Shown here in pieces: positions 26,069 to 35,609 of a DNA stretch of 50,830 nt. The notes under the pieces were generated by a model. It ran no database searches. It worked only from the letters and a program-made list of their open reading frames with translations, and was not told where the DNA came from. Each line of letters opens with the position of its first letter. Position 1 is the stretch's first letter. The stretch covers positions 1-50,830 of IMG/VR virus record IMGVR_UViG_3300027513_000020. One strand, 5' to 3'. Position numbers and translations under genes: made by a program. This stretch comes from a virus. Taxonomy: Duplodnaviria > Caudoviricetes.

Positions 26069-26581
26069 ATGCAGGAAGCACCCGCACCGCGGCCCGGGCT
26101 CCGGCCGGGAACGCCGCCGGTCCCGCAGCCGGGGTCCCGGACCGCACCGCCGACCCCGCGAAAGCAACTCGCGGACCTCCTCGCGGATCGGGAGGCGGTC
26201 ACGCAGGCCGGGCAGGCGGCGGCGGCGCTCCAGCCGGGCGAGGTCGGGATCCGCTTCGTCGCGCGCCTCTTGCCGGGCCTGGTGCCGGCCGCCGCTTCCG
26301 TCCCGGAGTTCGTGCAGCGGCTCCGGGCTGCGGGCTGGCCGGTGCTCTTGCCGGGCCTGGACCCGGTGCAGGTCGGAGACCTCTTCGTCCTCGCGGGGGA
26401 GGACCGGGTCCCCTTTGCGATCGGGTTCGTCGGGCCGCTGGTGGTCGGCGGGAAGGAGTTCACCACGGTAGAGGCCGGCGGGGAGCGGCAGCGTCTTCCC
26501 TTCACGGCGGCCACGTTCTTCCTCCGCCTGCCCTGTCCTCAATGTGACCAGGCCGCAGGCGGCCCCCCGCGGCGCGGGTGA
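26069..26581 (+). CDS. Hypothetical tail-region protein
   Basis: GAGGGG RBS; high GC3; C-terminal CPQC. Confidence 0.6.
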   Translation: MQEAPAPRPGLRPGTPPVPQPGSRTAPPTPRKQLADLLADREAVTQAGQAAAALQPGEVGIRFVARLLPGLVPAAASVPEFVQRLRAAGWPVLLPGLDPVQVGDLFVLAGEDRVPFAIGFVGPLVVGGKEFTTVEAGGERQRLPFTAATFFLRLPCPQCDQAAGGPPRRG

Positions 26582-26615
26582 GGCGACCGGTCCCAGCCTC
26601 GGAGAGGTTGAGTAA

Positions 26616-28541
26616 GTGGCGCGCGAATGGACGACCACCGACGGGTATGGAGACTGCGAAGGCTTCACCCCCATCACGCTCTCGGGGGCTCCGTCCGGGT
26701 ATCAGCGGAAGGCCTCGCTCGGTCCACTGCATGTCACGATCTTTAGCTGCTTCGGGGAGCCGCCGGAGTGCTGCGACGCCCCGCCGCCGGGACCGGACTG
26801 GGCGAAGCGGGACTGCGGCATCCCCTCCGCGCACTGCGAGTGGTATCAGGGCGCCGACCCGATCACCGGCATCACGCCGGCCGCATACGCGCACACGTCC
26901 ACCGGCTGGCTGCCGTCCTGGGTCTGGGCGAAAGCCGGGCACTACGATGAGGCGACCAGCGGGTTCCCGCCCCTCGACCGGGACTGGTACTTCACCGATC
27001 CCGTCCAGTGCTACCTCTGCGATACCGCGGGGGCGGCGACCGGCGGCATCGGCACCTGTCACGCGATCTGCCCGGTGTGTCCGTTCCACATCTCGAACCC
27101 GTGGACGTTCGATCCGGCGAGCGGGAAGTGCTACCGCGGGACCGGGGACGTCTTCCCCTGTCCGGAAGGCACCGTCTACGACAGCGAGTGCAACGTCTGC
27201 CGCTCGCTCGACCCGCCGCAATCCTGCTGGACCTGGGTGGATTGCGCCTGGCAGCGGCCGGACACGGACTGCCCCGGGGAGAGCTTCTGGGACTGGGAGA
27301 CCTGCCAGTGTGAGTGCCCGGAAGGGCAGTGCTACTACGCGGTCACCGGCGAGTGCGTGGACCGGGAAGACGGCGTTGACTGCACCGGCTTCTTCGCGGG
27401 GATGGATTGCTGGTGGGACCCGAACCAGTGCCTCTGCGAGTGCTGCGACCCCGGCTCCTGCTACTGCATCCTCACCGGGACCTGCATCCCCTGCGACGAG
27501 GATTCAGACGGCTACCCGCAGTGCTTTGCGGAGCGGGAGTGCGCGTGGAACGCGGCCACCTGCGTCTTCGACTGCACGACGCCGGAGTGCCCGGAAGGGG
27601 AAGAGTACGATCTCGATACCTGTTCCTGCGTCGGGACCGATACGGCGATTGCGGGGGAGGGCGTCGATTATGCGATCTGCCCGGCCACCGGCTTCCACTA
27701 CCGGGCGTACCGGCGCAGCTCCGGCGCCGAGGTCCGGGTGGCCCGGAGCCGGGACGGGGGCCGGACCTGGGACGCTCCGGTAACGCTCGCCAGCGACGCG
27801 GACGCGACCGCCGGCCTCGGCGCGTGGCCGGCGCTGGAGGTGGACCGGTGGGGGACGGTCTACTGCTGGTATCACACGACCGCCCCGGCCGCGCAGGGCT
27901 ACTACTCCGCGGACGGGGGCGCGACCTTTGCCCTCTACGCCACCCACACGGGGCTGCGGTATCCTCGCCCGCGGTTCCGCCTCGAGCGGCTGGTGGTGAC
28001 GGCGCATGTTGCGAACGCGCTGAATCTCTATGAGTCCGACGACGGGGGAGCCACCCTCGCCCTCGCGCTCACGTTCGGGACGGGGGTCCCGAAGCAGCGG
28101 ACCGTGATGCAGGTGGACCGCCGGGATTACGTCCACCTCCTGTGGGACGAGGGCGACGGGGACATCAGCCACCGGGGGAGCCGGACGCCCGGGGTGCTCG
28201 CCTCGTGGGTGCAGGACTTCATCACGTTTCTCGGGCGGATCCCCGGCTACGCGATCGCGGTGCCGGCGGCGGTGACGGTCTGGTTTGCCGAGGCGAGCGC
28301 GGTCCTCTCCGCGGAACGATCCCTCGCGGACTACGCGACGAATGACGAGCCTTGCGGGGTGCCGGGAGTGGACCCGTCCATGACGTTCAAGATCTGCTCG
28401 CCGGGGATGGCGGCCGACCGCTACGGGATCTACTACTACCTGAACCGGGAAAGTGTGGGCAACGACCTTTTCACCTGGGGGAGCCAGACCGGCGGCGAGA
28501 CCTGGTCGCTGCTGGAGGACATCGGCGGAGGCATCTCTTGA
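26616..28541 (+). CDS. Cys-rich repeat protein with a C-terminal BNR/Asp-box (sialidase-like) propeller
   Basis: About 44 Cys by hand count; Asp boxes SRDGGRTW, SADGGATF, SDDGGATL, SQTGGETW. Confidence 0.75.
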   Translation: MAREWTTTDGYGDCEGFTPITLSGAPSGYQRKASLGPLHVTIFSCFGEPPECCDAPPPGPDWAKRDCGIPSAHCEWYQGADPITGITPAAYAHTSTGWLPSWVWAKAGHYDEATSGFPPLDRDWYFTDPVQCYLCDTAGAATGGIGTCHAICPVCPFHISNPWTFDPASGKCYRGTGDVFPCPEGTVYDSECNVCRSLDPPQSCWTWVDCAWQRPDTDCPGESFWDWETCQCECPEGQCYYAVTGECVDREDGVDCTGFFAGMDCWWDPNQCLCECCDPGSCYCILTGTCIPCDEDSDGYPQCFAERECAWNAATCVFDCTTPECPEGEEYDLDTCSCVGTDTAIAGEGVDYAICPATGFHYRAYRRSSGAEVRVARSRDGGRTWDAPVTLASDADATAGLGAWPALEVDRWGTVYCWYHTTAPAAQGYYSADGGATFALYATHTGLRYPRPRFRLERLVVTAHVANALNLYESDDGGATLALALTFGTGVPKQRTVMQVDRRDYVHLLWDEGDGDISHRGSRTPGVLASWVQDFITFLGRIPGYAIAVPAAVTVWFAEASAVLSAERSLADYATNDEPCGVPGVDPSMTFKICSPGMAADRYGIYYYLNRESVGNDLFTWGSQTGGETWSLLEDIGGGIS

Positions 28542-29287
28542 GCTATCTACCGCGACAGGGAGCCAGCTACAGCAAGCCCTACAGCCTCGACCGGGACAAC
28601 CAGCGGGGGGACGAGCTCGACGCCGGCCTGAACGCGCGCCTGCCCCCCGGGATCCTCTCCGGCGGCGGCATCACCGTCTCGGCCGCCCTGGAGATCGAGC
28701 TCGCGGCCGAGACGGTCGTCTGGACGGCGGGGCTGCGGTTCAACACCGGCGTCGATCCGCTGCCGCTCACGGTCGCGGGGGCGCCATCCGGGGAGGTCTA
28801 CGTATGGGGGCTGCTCACGCGGACGGCGGCCAACCAGAACGAGCGGACGGAGCTGGACACGTACGCGTTCGTCCTCAGCTATCTGCCCGACGATCCGACG
28901 CCGCCGAGCGAGTACCACGTCCCGCTCGCGGTGCTCCCCCTCGACGGCTCCGGGAACATCGACGCCGCGAACGTCAACGCGAATCCCCTCGGCAAGTGGG
29001 CGAACCCGCCGAACCGCGGCTTCCGGTCGATCGACCTGGCCGGCTCGGGCGACTACACGCTCTCCGCGGCGGAAGCGCGGGCGGGGGTGCTGAAGCTGAC
29101 GGGGGCGCTGACCGGCGCCCGGAGCCTGATCCTGCCGTTCCGGGCGGGTGACGTCAGGTTGATCCACAACGCGACCACGGGCGCGTTCGCGATCACGGCG
29201 AAGATCGCGGGCGGCACCGGAGAGGCGGTCCCGCAGGGCGCCGTGAGCAGCGTCTACTGCGACGACACCGACATCGTGGTCGTGTAG
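28538..29287 (+). CDS. Tail fibre-like or minor tail protein
   Basis: GGAGG RBS with TTGA overlap; YTLSAAEARAGVLKLTGALTGAR...IHNATTG...VYCDDTDIV. Confidence 0.65.
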   Translation: MSYLPRQGASYSKPYSLDRDNQRGDELDAGLNARLPPGILSGGGITVSAALEIELAAETVVWTAGLRFNTGVDPLPLTVAGAPSGEVYVWGLLTRTAANQNERTELDTYAFVLSYLPDDPTPPSEYHVPLAVLPLDGSGNIDAANVNANPLGKWANPPNRGFRSIDLAGSGDYTLSAAEARAGVLKLTGALTGARSLILPFRAGDVRLIHNATTGAFAITAKIAGGTGEAVPQGAVSSVYCDDTDIVVV

Positions 29288-29313
29288 CTTCGCCGGCCGC
29301 TCCCTGAATCACG

Positions 29314-29356
29314 AAGCCCCGTACCGCGCTATGGCACGTAGCGCGGTACGGGGCTT
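29314..29356. terminator. Hairpin terminator between the late operon and the leftward genes
   Basis: 18-bp perfect stem AAGCCCCGTACCGCGCTA/TAGCGCGGTACGGGGCTT. Confidence 0.7.
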
Positions 29357-29427
29357 TCGCTGCGTCTGGCCTGACCTTCCGCGCGACCATTAGCAGCAGT
29401 CGGCGCAGCGGGGGCCGGCGGGCAGCC

Positions 29428-29691
29428 TCACCACGGCTGCTCCCAGGCCTCCTCGCGGTCCAGCTCCTCCTCCTCTGCGGCGGTGCAGGGCCGCCCGCCC
29501 TCGTCCGGAGGTCCGAGCGGGTCCGCCTCACGCGGGATCGGCCGGCCGACCAGCACCAGGACCTCGCCGGCTGCCGTCTCGACGCGGATTCCCGGCGTGC
29601 CGGTCTCCCGGTGCGTCGCGGGGAAGGCGAGCAACTCCAGGTCCGCGCGCAGGTGCATCAGGATCGAGTCTCGCAGGTCGGTGGGGGTCAT
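29428..29691 (-). CDS. Hypothetical protein
   Basis: GGAGAG RBS; MTPTDLRDSIL... Confidence 0.6.
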   Translation of the reverse strand: MTPTDLRDSILMHLRADLELLAFPATHRETGTPGIRVETAAGEVLVLVGRPIPREADPLGPPDEGGRPCTAAEEEELDREEAWEQPW

Positions 29692-29744
29692 CAGGCTCTC
29701 CAGAGGGAAGGGGGCGCCGGCAGGAACCGGCGCCCCCGTTGCTG

Positions 29745-30080
29745 CTACTCGCCGCCGAGGAGGCGGGCGACGGCGCGGAGACTCGAGTGCTCTGCCTGGA
29801 GTACCCGCACCCGCAGGGCCGCCTGGTGGACGCGCTCGCCGGCCTGTCGCGCCCGGTCGCGGTCCAGCACCGTCCGCGCGTAGAGGCTCGCCTTCCGCTC
29901 CGCCTCGTTCTTGCCGTCGAGGCCCTGGAGGGTAAGGCTCGCCTCGTTCTCCTCCAGGATGCACTTCGCTTCGGTCGCCTCGCGCTGCGCCTGGAGGAGA
30001 TCCTCCTCGGCGGCCTCCAGCGCGGCAGGCAGGGCGAGCAGCCGGGTCGCCAGCTCGTCACGGTTCAGGGTGGTGGTCAT
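29745..30080 (-). CDS. Coiled-coil phage protein
   Basis: LDGKNEAERKA motif; AAGGAG RBS; ATGA overlap. Confidence 0.7.
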   Translation of the reverse strand: MTTTLNRDELATRLLALPAALEAAEEDLLQAQREATEAKCILEENEASLTLQGLDGKNEAERKASLYARTVLDRDRARQAGERVHQAALRVRVLQAEHSSLRAVARLLGGE

Positions 30081-30730
30081 CGGGCTGTCTGCTCCTTCGC
30101 GCTGTGGTAACGCTCACGCGCCTTCCGGCAAATCTCTTCGCGCCTGGCCTGGTAGTGTGCCGCCCCGTAGGCGCGACGGCAGGCTTTGCACTGCCGCTGG
30201 TTGCGGACGTAGAACGTGTTGGCCTCGTCGTACGGGTGACCTTGGGGGCAGTGGGTCTTCCGGCTGTTGGCCGAACCGCGCTTCTCTGGCCGAGGCGCCG
30301 CCTGTCGGGCGGGAGTAGTCAGCGCTCGTTCGACGGACCAGCCCCGATCCAGCCGGCCCCAGAGGGCGCCCGGCGAGAGACCGGCGCGCCGCGCCCACTC
30401 TGCGATCGTCAGGGTTTCCCCCTGGTACTCCAGCAGGCGACTCTTCCGCAGGTTCTGGCACTGCTCGATCTGCGTGGCCCAGCGGCAGTTGTCCGGCGAG
30501 TACGGGCCGTTGTTGTCCTTCCGCTCCAGCGTGTGTTGGGCAGAGGGGCGCTCGCCCATATCCGCGAGAAAGGTCTCCGCCTGGAGCCATCGCTCGCAGA
30601 CCCTGATCCCTCGCCCGCCGTAGTGCCGGTAGTCCGGATGGTTGGGATTTGAGCAGCGCTGGATCATCGCGCTCCAGGCTCTGTACTCGGGAGTAGGGTT
30701 TCCAGTTGCGTTCCGGTGTTTGGTCGGCAT
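30077..30730 (-). CDS. HNH homing endonuclease-like protein with a C-terminal CxxGH Zn module
   Basis: YGGRGIRVC, LERKDNNGPYSPDNCRW, KTHCPQGH...CKAC. Confidence 0.88.
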   Translation of the reverse strand: MPTKHRNATGNPTPEYRAWSAMIQRCSNPNHPDYRHYGGRGIRVCERWLQAETFLADMGERPSAQHTLERKDNNGPYSPDNCRWATQIEQCQNLRKSRLLEYQGETLTIAEWARRAGLSPGALWGRLDRGWSVERALTTPARQAAPRPEKRGSANSRKTHCPQGHPYDEANTFYVRNQRQCKACRRAYGAAHYQARREEICRKARERYHSAKEQTAR

Positions 30731-30774
30731 CACCGTTCTCCAGGGCCGGGACAGTGGCGTCCGGGCGGCACTGA

Positions 30775-31227
30775 TCAGAAGGAATCGGCCTGGCCCATGC
30801 CATTGAGCAGCGCGAGGATGTGCTTGCAGCGCATGCCCGGGACGTTTCGGCACCGGTAGTGGTAATCCGGACAGCTACAGTTGTGGTGCGTCGTTTCATG
30901 AACCTCGCCGGACTTCGGATTGAAGCAGTAGAAGAACGGGCGCCCGCTGTCGGTGTTCAGGCAGAATGCGTAGCCGTCTCCCTCGGACAGGGCGGTTCGG
31001 AGCCGCTGGTCCTGCGCCCCTCTTACCAGCTCCGCGTACCGCTGGTCGCTCGCCGGCTGCGAGGCCACGAAGAAGCGGACGGTGTCGCTCCTGGTGCGGT
31101 TGCTCTCGCCGACGTGGACCTCGGTGAAGCGGGGGTTGGCGGCGAGGCACGCCGCGAAGCGATCGGCAGCGGGGCGGTCCATGAGCCTGGTCCGGTAACC
31201 GGCTCCGGCGGATGATATGGTTTGCAT
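30775..31227 (-). CDS. SWIM Zn-finger protein
   Basis: CSCPDYHYR...CKHILAL. Confidence 0.75.
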   Translation of the reverse strand: MQTISSAGAGYRTRLMDRPAADRFAACLAANPRFTEVHVGESNRTRSDTVRFFVASQPASDQRYAELVRGAQDQRLRTALSEGDGYAFCLNTDSGRPFFYCFNPKSGEVHETTHHNCSCPDYHYRCRNVPGMRCKHILALLNGMGQADSF

Positions 31228-31302
31228 CGGGAACTCTCCTCAGAGTGACCAGGAAGGGCGCTGAACTTACCAGGGTGCGGCGCCCTTCTTCCTACACGCT
31301 AA

Positions 31303-31365
31303 TTATACCACGAAGGGAATAGATAGGTCAGGAGCTTGCGAAAACAGTTCCCCCCGTGGTATAAA
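31303..31365. promoter_or_regulatory. Divergent promoter pair within a 17-bp inverted repeat
   Basis: Minus TTCCCTTCGTGGTATAA(T) versus plus TTCCCCCCGTGGTATAA(A), 15/17 identical; TTGCGA -35 on the plus strand. Confidence 0.65.
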
Positions 31366-31371
31366 TCTCGC

Positions 31372-31605
31372 GTGAAGGACTGGCTCACAACGGCAGAGGT
31401 GGGAGCGGCGCTCGGCGTGAGCCGGCGCCGCGTCGCCCGGCTGATTCAGGTCGGGCGCCTGGAGTCCACCCGGGCCGGCGCCATACACCTGATCAGTCCG
31501 GAAGAGGTGAGCCGGTTCGTCCGCGAGCAGGCTGCCGAGGTAGGGACCAAGCCGGGGCCGGCGCCCAACGTATTAAAACGGCAGAACGGAGGCGAGGGTG
31601 CCTGA
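31372..31605 (+). CDS. Excisionase-like (MerR-type HTH) DNA-binding protein
   Basis: WLTTAEVGAALGVSRRRVARLIQVGRLES...HLISPEEV. Confidence 0.8.
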   Translation: MKDWLTTAEVGAALGVSRRRVARLIQVGRLESTRAGAIHLISPEEVSRFVREQAAEVGTKPGPAPNVLKRQNGGEGA

Positions 31606-32161
31606 AGGCCGCTGCCGGGATTGCCGCCACTGGGACCGCGGGCACGCCGACTTCAACCCCTTCCCGGAGCCGGGACAGCCGGACTACCGGGAACACGGCC
31701 GCTGTGCCCTCGCGGCGACGGAGGGCCGGCAGGTGCATCCCGAGAGCCTGGCGGCCGCCTACGGGCAGGAGGGGAACGCCTGGCTGCTCACGGCGCCCTC
31801 GTTCGGGTGCTGTCAGTGGGCGCCGAAGCTCGTCCTACCGACGCGGACGAGCGATCCCATCCGCGTCGGGGCCGCCTGCCATGTGGACGCCGCGGACCGG
31901 CCGTACGTCGAGGCGAACCTCCCGCGCCTGGACCGACGTCTCCGCGAAGAACTGCTCGGGGACCTCTGGCTGGTGCTGGAGGACTTTACGCTGGAAGTGA
32001 ACCCGGCGCTGGCGGTGACCGTGGAGACGGGGGCCGGCGCCGTCGTGCTGAACGGGCACGCGGCGCCGCCCCTGCCGCCGGGTTTCCGGCCGTCGCTGCT
32101 CTCGGCCTTACTGCGGGCGGTGCGGGAACTCCTCGCTGAACCCCGATCGGTGCAGCCATGA
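31598..32161 (+). CDS. Hypothetical protein with an N-terminal four-Cys motif
   Basis: CRDCRHW...GRC...FGCCQW; overlaps both neighbours. Confidence 0.65.
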   Translation: MPEGRCRDCRHWDRGHADFNPFPEPGQPDYREHGRCALAATEGRQVHPESLAAAYGQEGNAWLLTAPSFGCCQWAPKLVLPTRTSDPIRVGAACHVDAADRPYVEANLPRLDRRLREELLGDLWLVLEDFTLEVNPALAVTVETGAGAVVLNGHAAPPLPPGFRPSLLSALLRAVRELLAEPRSVQP

Positions 32162-35100
32162 CCCTCGCCGCTTCCCTACCGTCCCTCGCGGACTTCATCC
32201 ACCGCTGGGCCGCCTCCGGCGCCGCGGAGCGCGCCAACTACCAGCTCTTCCTCTCGGAACTGTGCGACGTGCTCGGCGTCCCCCGCCCGGAGCCGACCCG
32301 ACCCGAGGACGAACACAACGCCTACGTGTTCGAGCGGGCCGTTACCTTCCAGAACGGCGACGGCACCACCAGCACCGGCCGGATCGACCTCTACCGCCGC
32401 GCCTGCTTCATCCTGGAGGCGAAGCAGGGCAGCGAGCGGGCCGAGCCCGCTGCGTTGGGCATCAAGGCGAAACCCCGTCGGAAGGGAACCGCGACCCGCG
32501 GCACGCAGGGCTGGGACGACGCCATGCTCGCGGCCCGCGGCCAAGCGGAGCTGTACGCCCGGGCCCTCCCGGCGGAGGAGGGCTGGCCGCCGTTCCTCCT
32601 GGTGGTGGACGTGGGCTACTCGATCGAGCTGTACGCCGACTTCACCCGCTCCGGGAAGACCTACATCCCGTTTCCCGACCCCCGCAGCCACCGCCTCCTG
32701 CTCCGGGACCTGGAGCAGGAGGAGCTGCGGGAGCGGCTCCGGGCGATCTGGCTGGACCCGCTCTCCGTCGATCCGAGCCGGCGCAGCGCCCGCGTCACGC
32801 GGGAAGTAGCGAACCAGCTCGCCGTCCTGGCGAAGTCGCTGGAGGAGAGCGGCCACGCGCCGGAAGCGGCGGCCCAGTTCCTGATGCGCTGCATCTTCAC
32901 GATGTTCGCCGAGGACGTGAAGCTGATCCCCGAGGGCGGCTTCACGGACCTGCTCCACCACATCAGCGACGAAGACGTCGAGCTGTTCCCCGGCCTGGTG
33001 CAGTCCCTCTGGGAGACGATGGCGACCGGCGGCCTGTCGCCCGTGCTCCGGAGAAAGCTGCTCCGGTTCAACGGTGGCCTGTTCGAGGACTGCCAGGCGC
33101 TCCCCCTGACCCGCCAGCAGTTGCTGCTGCTCTCGCAAGCGACCCACGCGGACTGGCGCGACGTGGAGCCGGCGATCTTCGGGACCCTATTGGAGCGGGC
33201 CCTCGATCCCCACGAGCGGCACAAGCTGGGCGCCCACTACACCCCGCGGGCCTACGTGGAGCGGCTGGTGCTGCCGACGCTGGTGGAGCCACTGCGGGAG
33301 GATTGGGAGGCGGTCCGCGTGGCCGCGGTCACGCTGGCGAAGGAAGGGGATCTGCAGAAGGCGGCCGAGCAGGTGAGCGCCTTCCATCGCCGGCTCTGTG
33401 AGGTCCGGGTACTCGATCCGGCCTGCGGCAGCGGCAACTTCCTCTATGTCGCCCTGGAGCACCTCAAGCGCCTGGAAGGCGAGGTGCTGAACACGCTCGA
33501 CAGTTTCGGACAGCGGCGCCTGGACCTGGAAGCCCGCACGCTGACGGTGGATCCGCACCAGCTCCTCGGCCTGGAGATCAACCCGCGGGCTGCCGCGATT
33601 ACGGATCTGGTTCTCTGGATCGGTTACCTGCAGTGGCACTTCCGGACGCGGGGCGAGGCGATGCCGGAAGAGCCGGTCATCAAGCGGTTCCACAACATCG
33701 AGTGTCGGGATGCGGTGTTGGCCTACGACAGCATAGAGGAGGTCCGGGACTCAAATGGCACGTTGGTCACGATCTGGGATCGGAGGACGTTCAAGCAGCA
33801 TCCGGTGACGGGCGAGGCGGTGCCCGACGAGACTGCCCGAGCGCCCTTGCTGCGCTACGTGAACCCTCGCCAGCCTGACTGGCCTGAAGCGGACTTCATC
33901 GTGGGGAATCCGCCGTTTATCGGTAACGCGCGCATGCGTGCCGCTCTCGGCCATGGCTATTCCGAGACGCTCCGCAAGGTCTACCCAGAGGTGCCGGAGA
34001 GCAGCGACTACGTCATGTACTGGTGGGACCGTGCCGCCCTCCTAGTGCGGGCTAGGCAAGCCCGTCGGTTCGGCTTCATCACCACCAACAGCCTTCCTCA
34101 ACCTTTCAACCGGCGAGTAGTCCAACCCCATCTGTCGGCCACAGACCCACTATCACTCGTCATGGCGATCCCGGATCATCCCTGGGTGGACTCAGGCGAT
34201 GGCGCGGCCGTGAGGATCGCCATGACCGTTGCAGAAAGCGGCAATAGCATCGGGCTCCTGCAACGAGTGAGTGCCGAAGCCGCGGGCGATGGGGACGGTC
34301 GCGAGGTTCGGCTGAGCTCTCAATCGGGGAAGATCCTCTCCGACCTTTCTGCCGGTGCCGATATTGCTGGTGCACTGCCGCTCAGGGCCAATGCCGGCAT
34401 GAGCAACCGCGGCGTCGCTCTGCATGGCGCCGGCTTCATAGTGACGCCCGAGGAAGCGGCGTGTCTTGGCCTTGGCCGAATCCCCGGGCTGGAGAACCAC
34501 ATCCGTCTCTACCGCAACGGACGCGACCTGACGGCGCGGCCTCGGAACGCCCTCGTCATTGATCTCTTTGGCCTGAGTGCTGAAGAGGTCCGCGAGTGCT
34601 ATCCCGAGGTCTTCCAATGGGTGCACGACCGCGTGAAGCCTGAGCGGGATCACAACCCGCGGCCGTCCCGGCGTGAGAAGTGGTGGGTATTTGGCGAGCC
34701 AATCAGTACCTTCCGGCCCGCCTTGGCAGGTCCGCGGCGGTACATATCAACGGTAGAAACATCGAAGCACCGGTTCTTCGTCTTCCTCGACGCGGCCATC
34801 CTGCCGGACAACAAGCTCGTGAACATTGCCCTGGATGACGCCTGCTTCCTGGGTATCCTCTCCAGCAAGGTACACGTGACGTGGGCGTTGGCCGCCGGGA
34901 GCCTCCTGGAGGACCGGCCGGTTTACGTCAAGACAACCTGCTTCGAAAGGTTCCCGTTCCCCGACTGCGGTGAGGACGAGAGGGCGCGTATACGCGAGTT
35001 GGGCGAAGCACTGGACGCCCACCGTAAGCGCCAGCAGGCACTCCACCCGAAGCTGACGATGACGGACATGTACAACGTCCTGGAGAAGCTGCGGGCTGGC

Positions 35101-35598
35101 CAGCCGCTGTCGGAGAAGGAGAAGGTGACCCACGAGCAGGGCCTGGTCTCCGTCCTGAAGCAGATCCACGACGACCTCGACCGCGCCGTCTTCGACGCCT
35201 ACGGCTGGCCGACCACGCTGACGGATGAGGAGATCCTGGAGCGGCTCGTGGCGCTGAACGCGGAGCGGGGGCGGGAGGAGAAGGCGGGTCTGGTGCGCTG
35301 GCTGCGTCCTGAGTTCCAGAACCCCCAGGGGACGGGACAGACGGCGCTGGACACGGGCGAGGGCGAGACCGTCACCGCCGTGGCGCCCGTCAAGGACAGA
35401 CTGCCTTGGCCGAAGGAGCTGGCCGAACAGGCGAAGGCCGTCCGCGCGGCTCTGGTGGCACAGGCCGCGGTCACTACCGCGGAACAACTGGCCCGGACCT
35501 TCAAGGGGGCGCGCGTGGATCGGGTGGGCGCTCTGCTGGAAACGCTGGCGTCTCTGGGACAGGCGCGCGAGGTGGAGGAAGGGCGGTACGCGGCCTAA
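32158..35598 (+). CDS. MmeI-like Type IIG/IIL restriction endonuclease-methyltransferase
   Basis: IDLY...LEAK nuclease motif; [31 protein letters not shown]; C-terminal recognition region. Confidence 0.93.
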   Translation: MTLAASLPSLADFIHRWAASGAAERANYQLFLSELCDVLGVPRPEPTRPEDEHNAYVFERAVTFQNGDGTTSTGRIDLYRRACFILEAKQGSERAEPAALGIKAKPRRKGTATRGTQGWDDAMLAARGQAELYARALPAEEGWPPFLLVVDVGYSIELYADFTRSGKTYIPFPDPRSHRLLLRDLEQEELRERLRAIWLDPLSVDPSRRSARVTREVANQLAVLAKSLEESGHAPEAAAQFLMRCIFTMFAEDVKLIPEGGFTDLLHHISDEDVELFPGLVQSLWETMATGGLSPVLRRKLLRFNGGLFEDCQALPLTRQQLLLLSQATHADWRDVEPAIFGTLLERALDPHERHKLGAHYTPRAYVERLVLPTLVEPLREDWEAVRVAAVTLAKEGDLQKAAEQVSAFHRRLCEVRVLDPACGSGNFLYVALEHLKRLEGEVLNTLDSFGQRRLDLEARTLTVDPHQLLGLEINPRAAAITDLVLWIGYLQWHFRTRGEAMPEEPVIKRFHNIECRDAVLAYDSIEEVRDSNGTLVTIWDRRTFKQHPVTGEAVPDETARAPLLRYVNPRQPDWPEADFIVGNPPFIGNARMRAALGHGYSETLRKVYPEVPESSDYVMYWWDRAALLVRARQARRFGFITTNSLPQPFNRRVVQPHLSATDPLSLVMAIPDHPWVDSGDGAAVRIAMTVAESGNSIGLLQRVSAEAAGDGDGREVRLSSQSGKILSDLSAGADIAGALPLRANAGMSNRGVALHGAGFIVTPEEAACLGLGRIPGLENHIRLYRNGRDLTARPRNALVIDLFGLSAEEVRECYPEVFQWVHDRVKPERDHNPRPSRREKWWVFGEPISTFRPALAGPRRYISTVETSKHRFFVFLDAAILPDNKLVNIALDDACFLGILSSKVHVTWALAAGSLLEDRPVYVKTTCFERFPFPDCGEDERARIRELGEALDAHRKRQQALHPKLTMTDMYNVLEKLRAGQPLSEKEKVTHEQGLVSVLKQIHDDLDRAVFDAYGWPTTLTDEEILERLVALNAERGREEKAGLVRWLRPEFQNPQGTGQTALDTGEGETVTAVAPVKDRLPWPKELAEQAKAVRAALVAQAAVTTAEQLARTFKGARVDRVGALLETLASLGQAREVEEGRYAA

Positions 35599-35609
35599 CC
35601 CGGTGCACG

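Noticed and set aside
18773-26147. Very long antisense ORFs (984 aa, 949 aa and similar elsewhere)
   Set aside because: They mirror high-GC3 genes on the other strand and contain no motifs.
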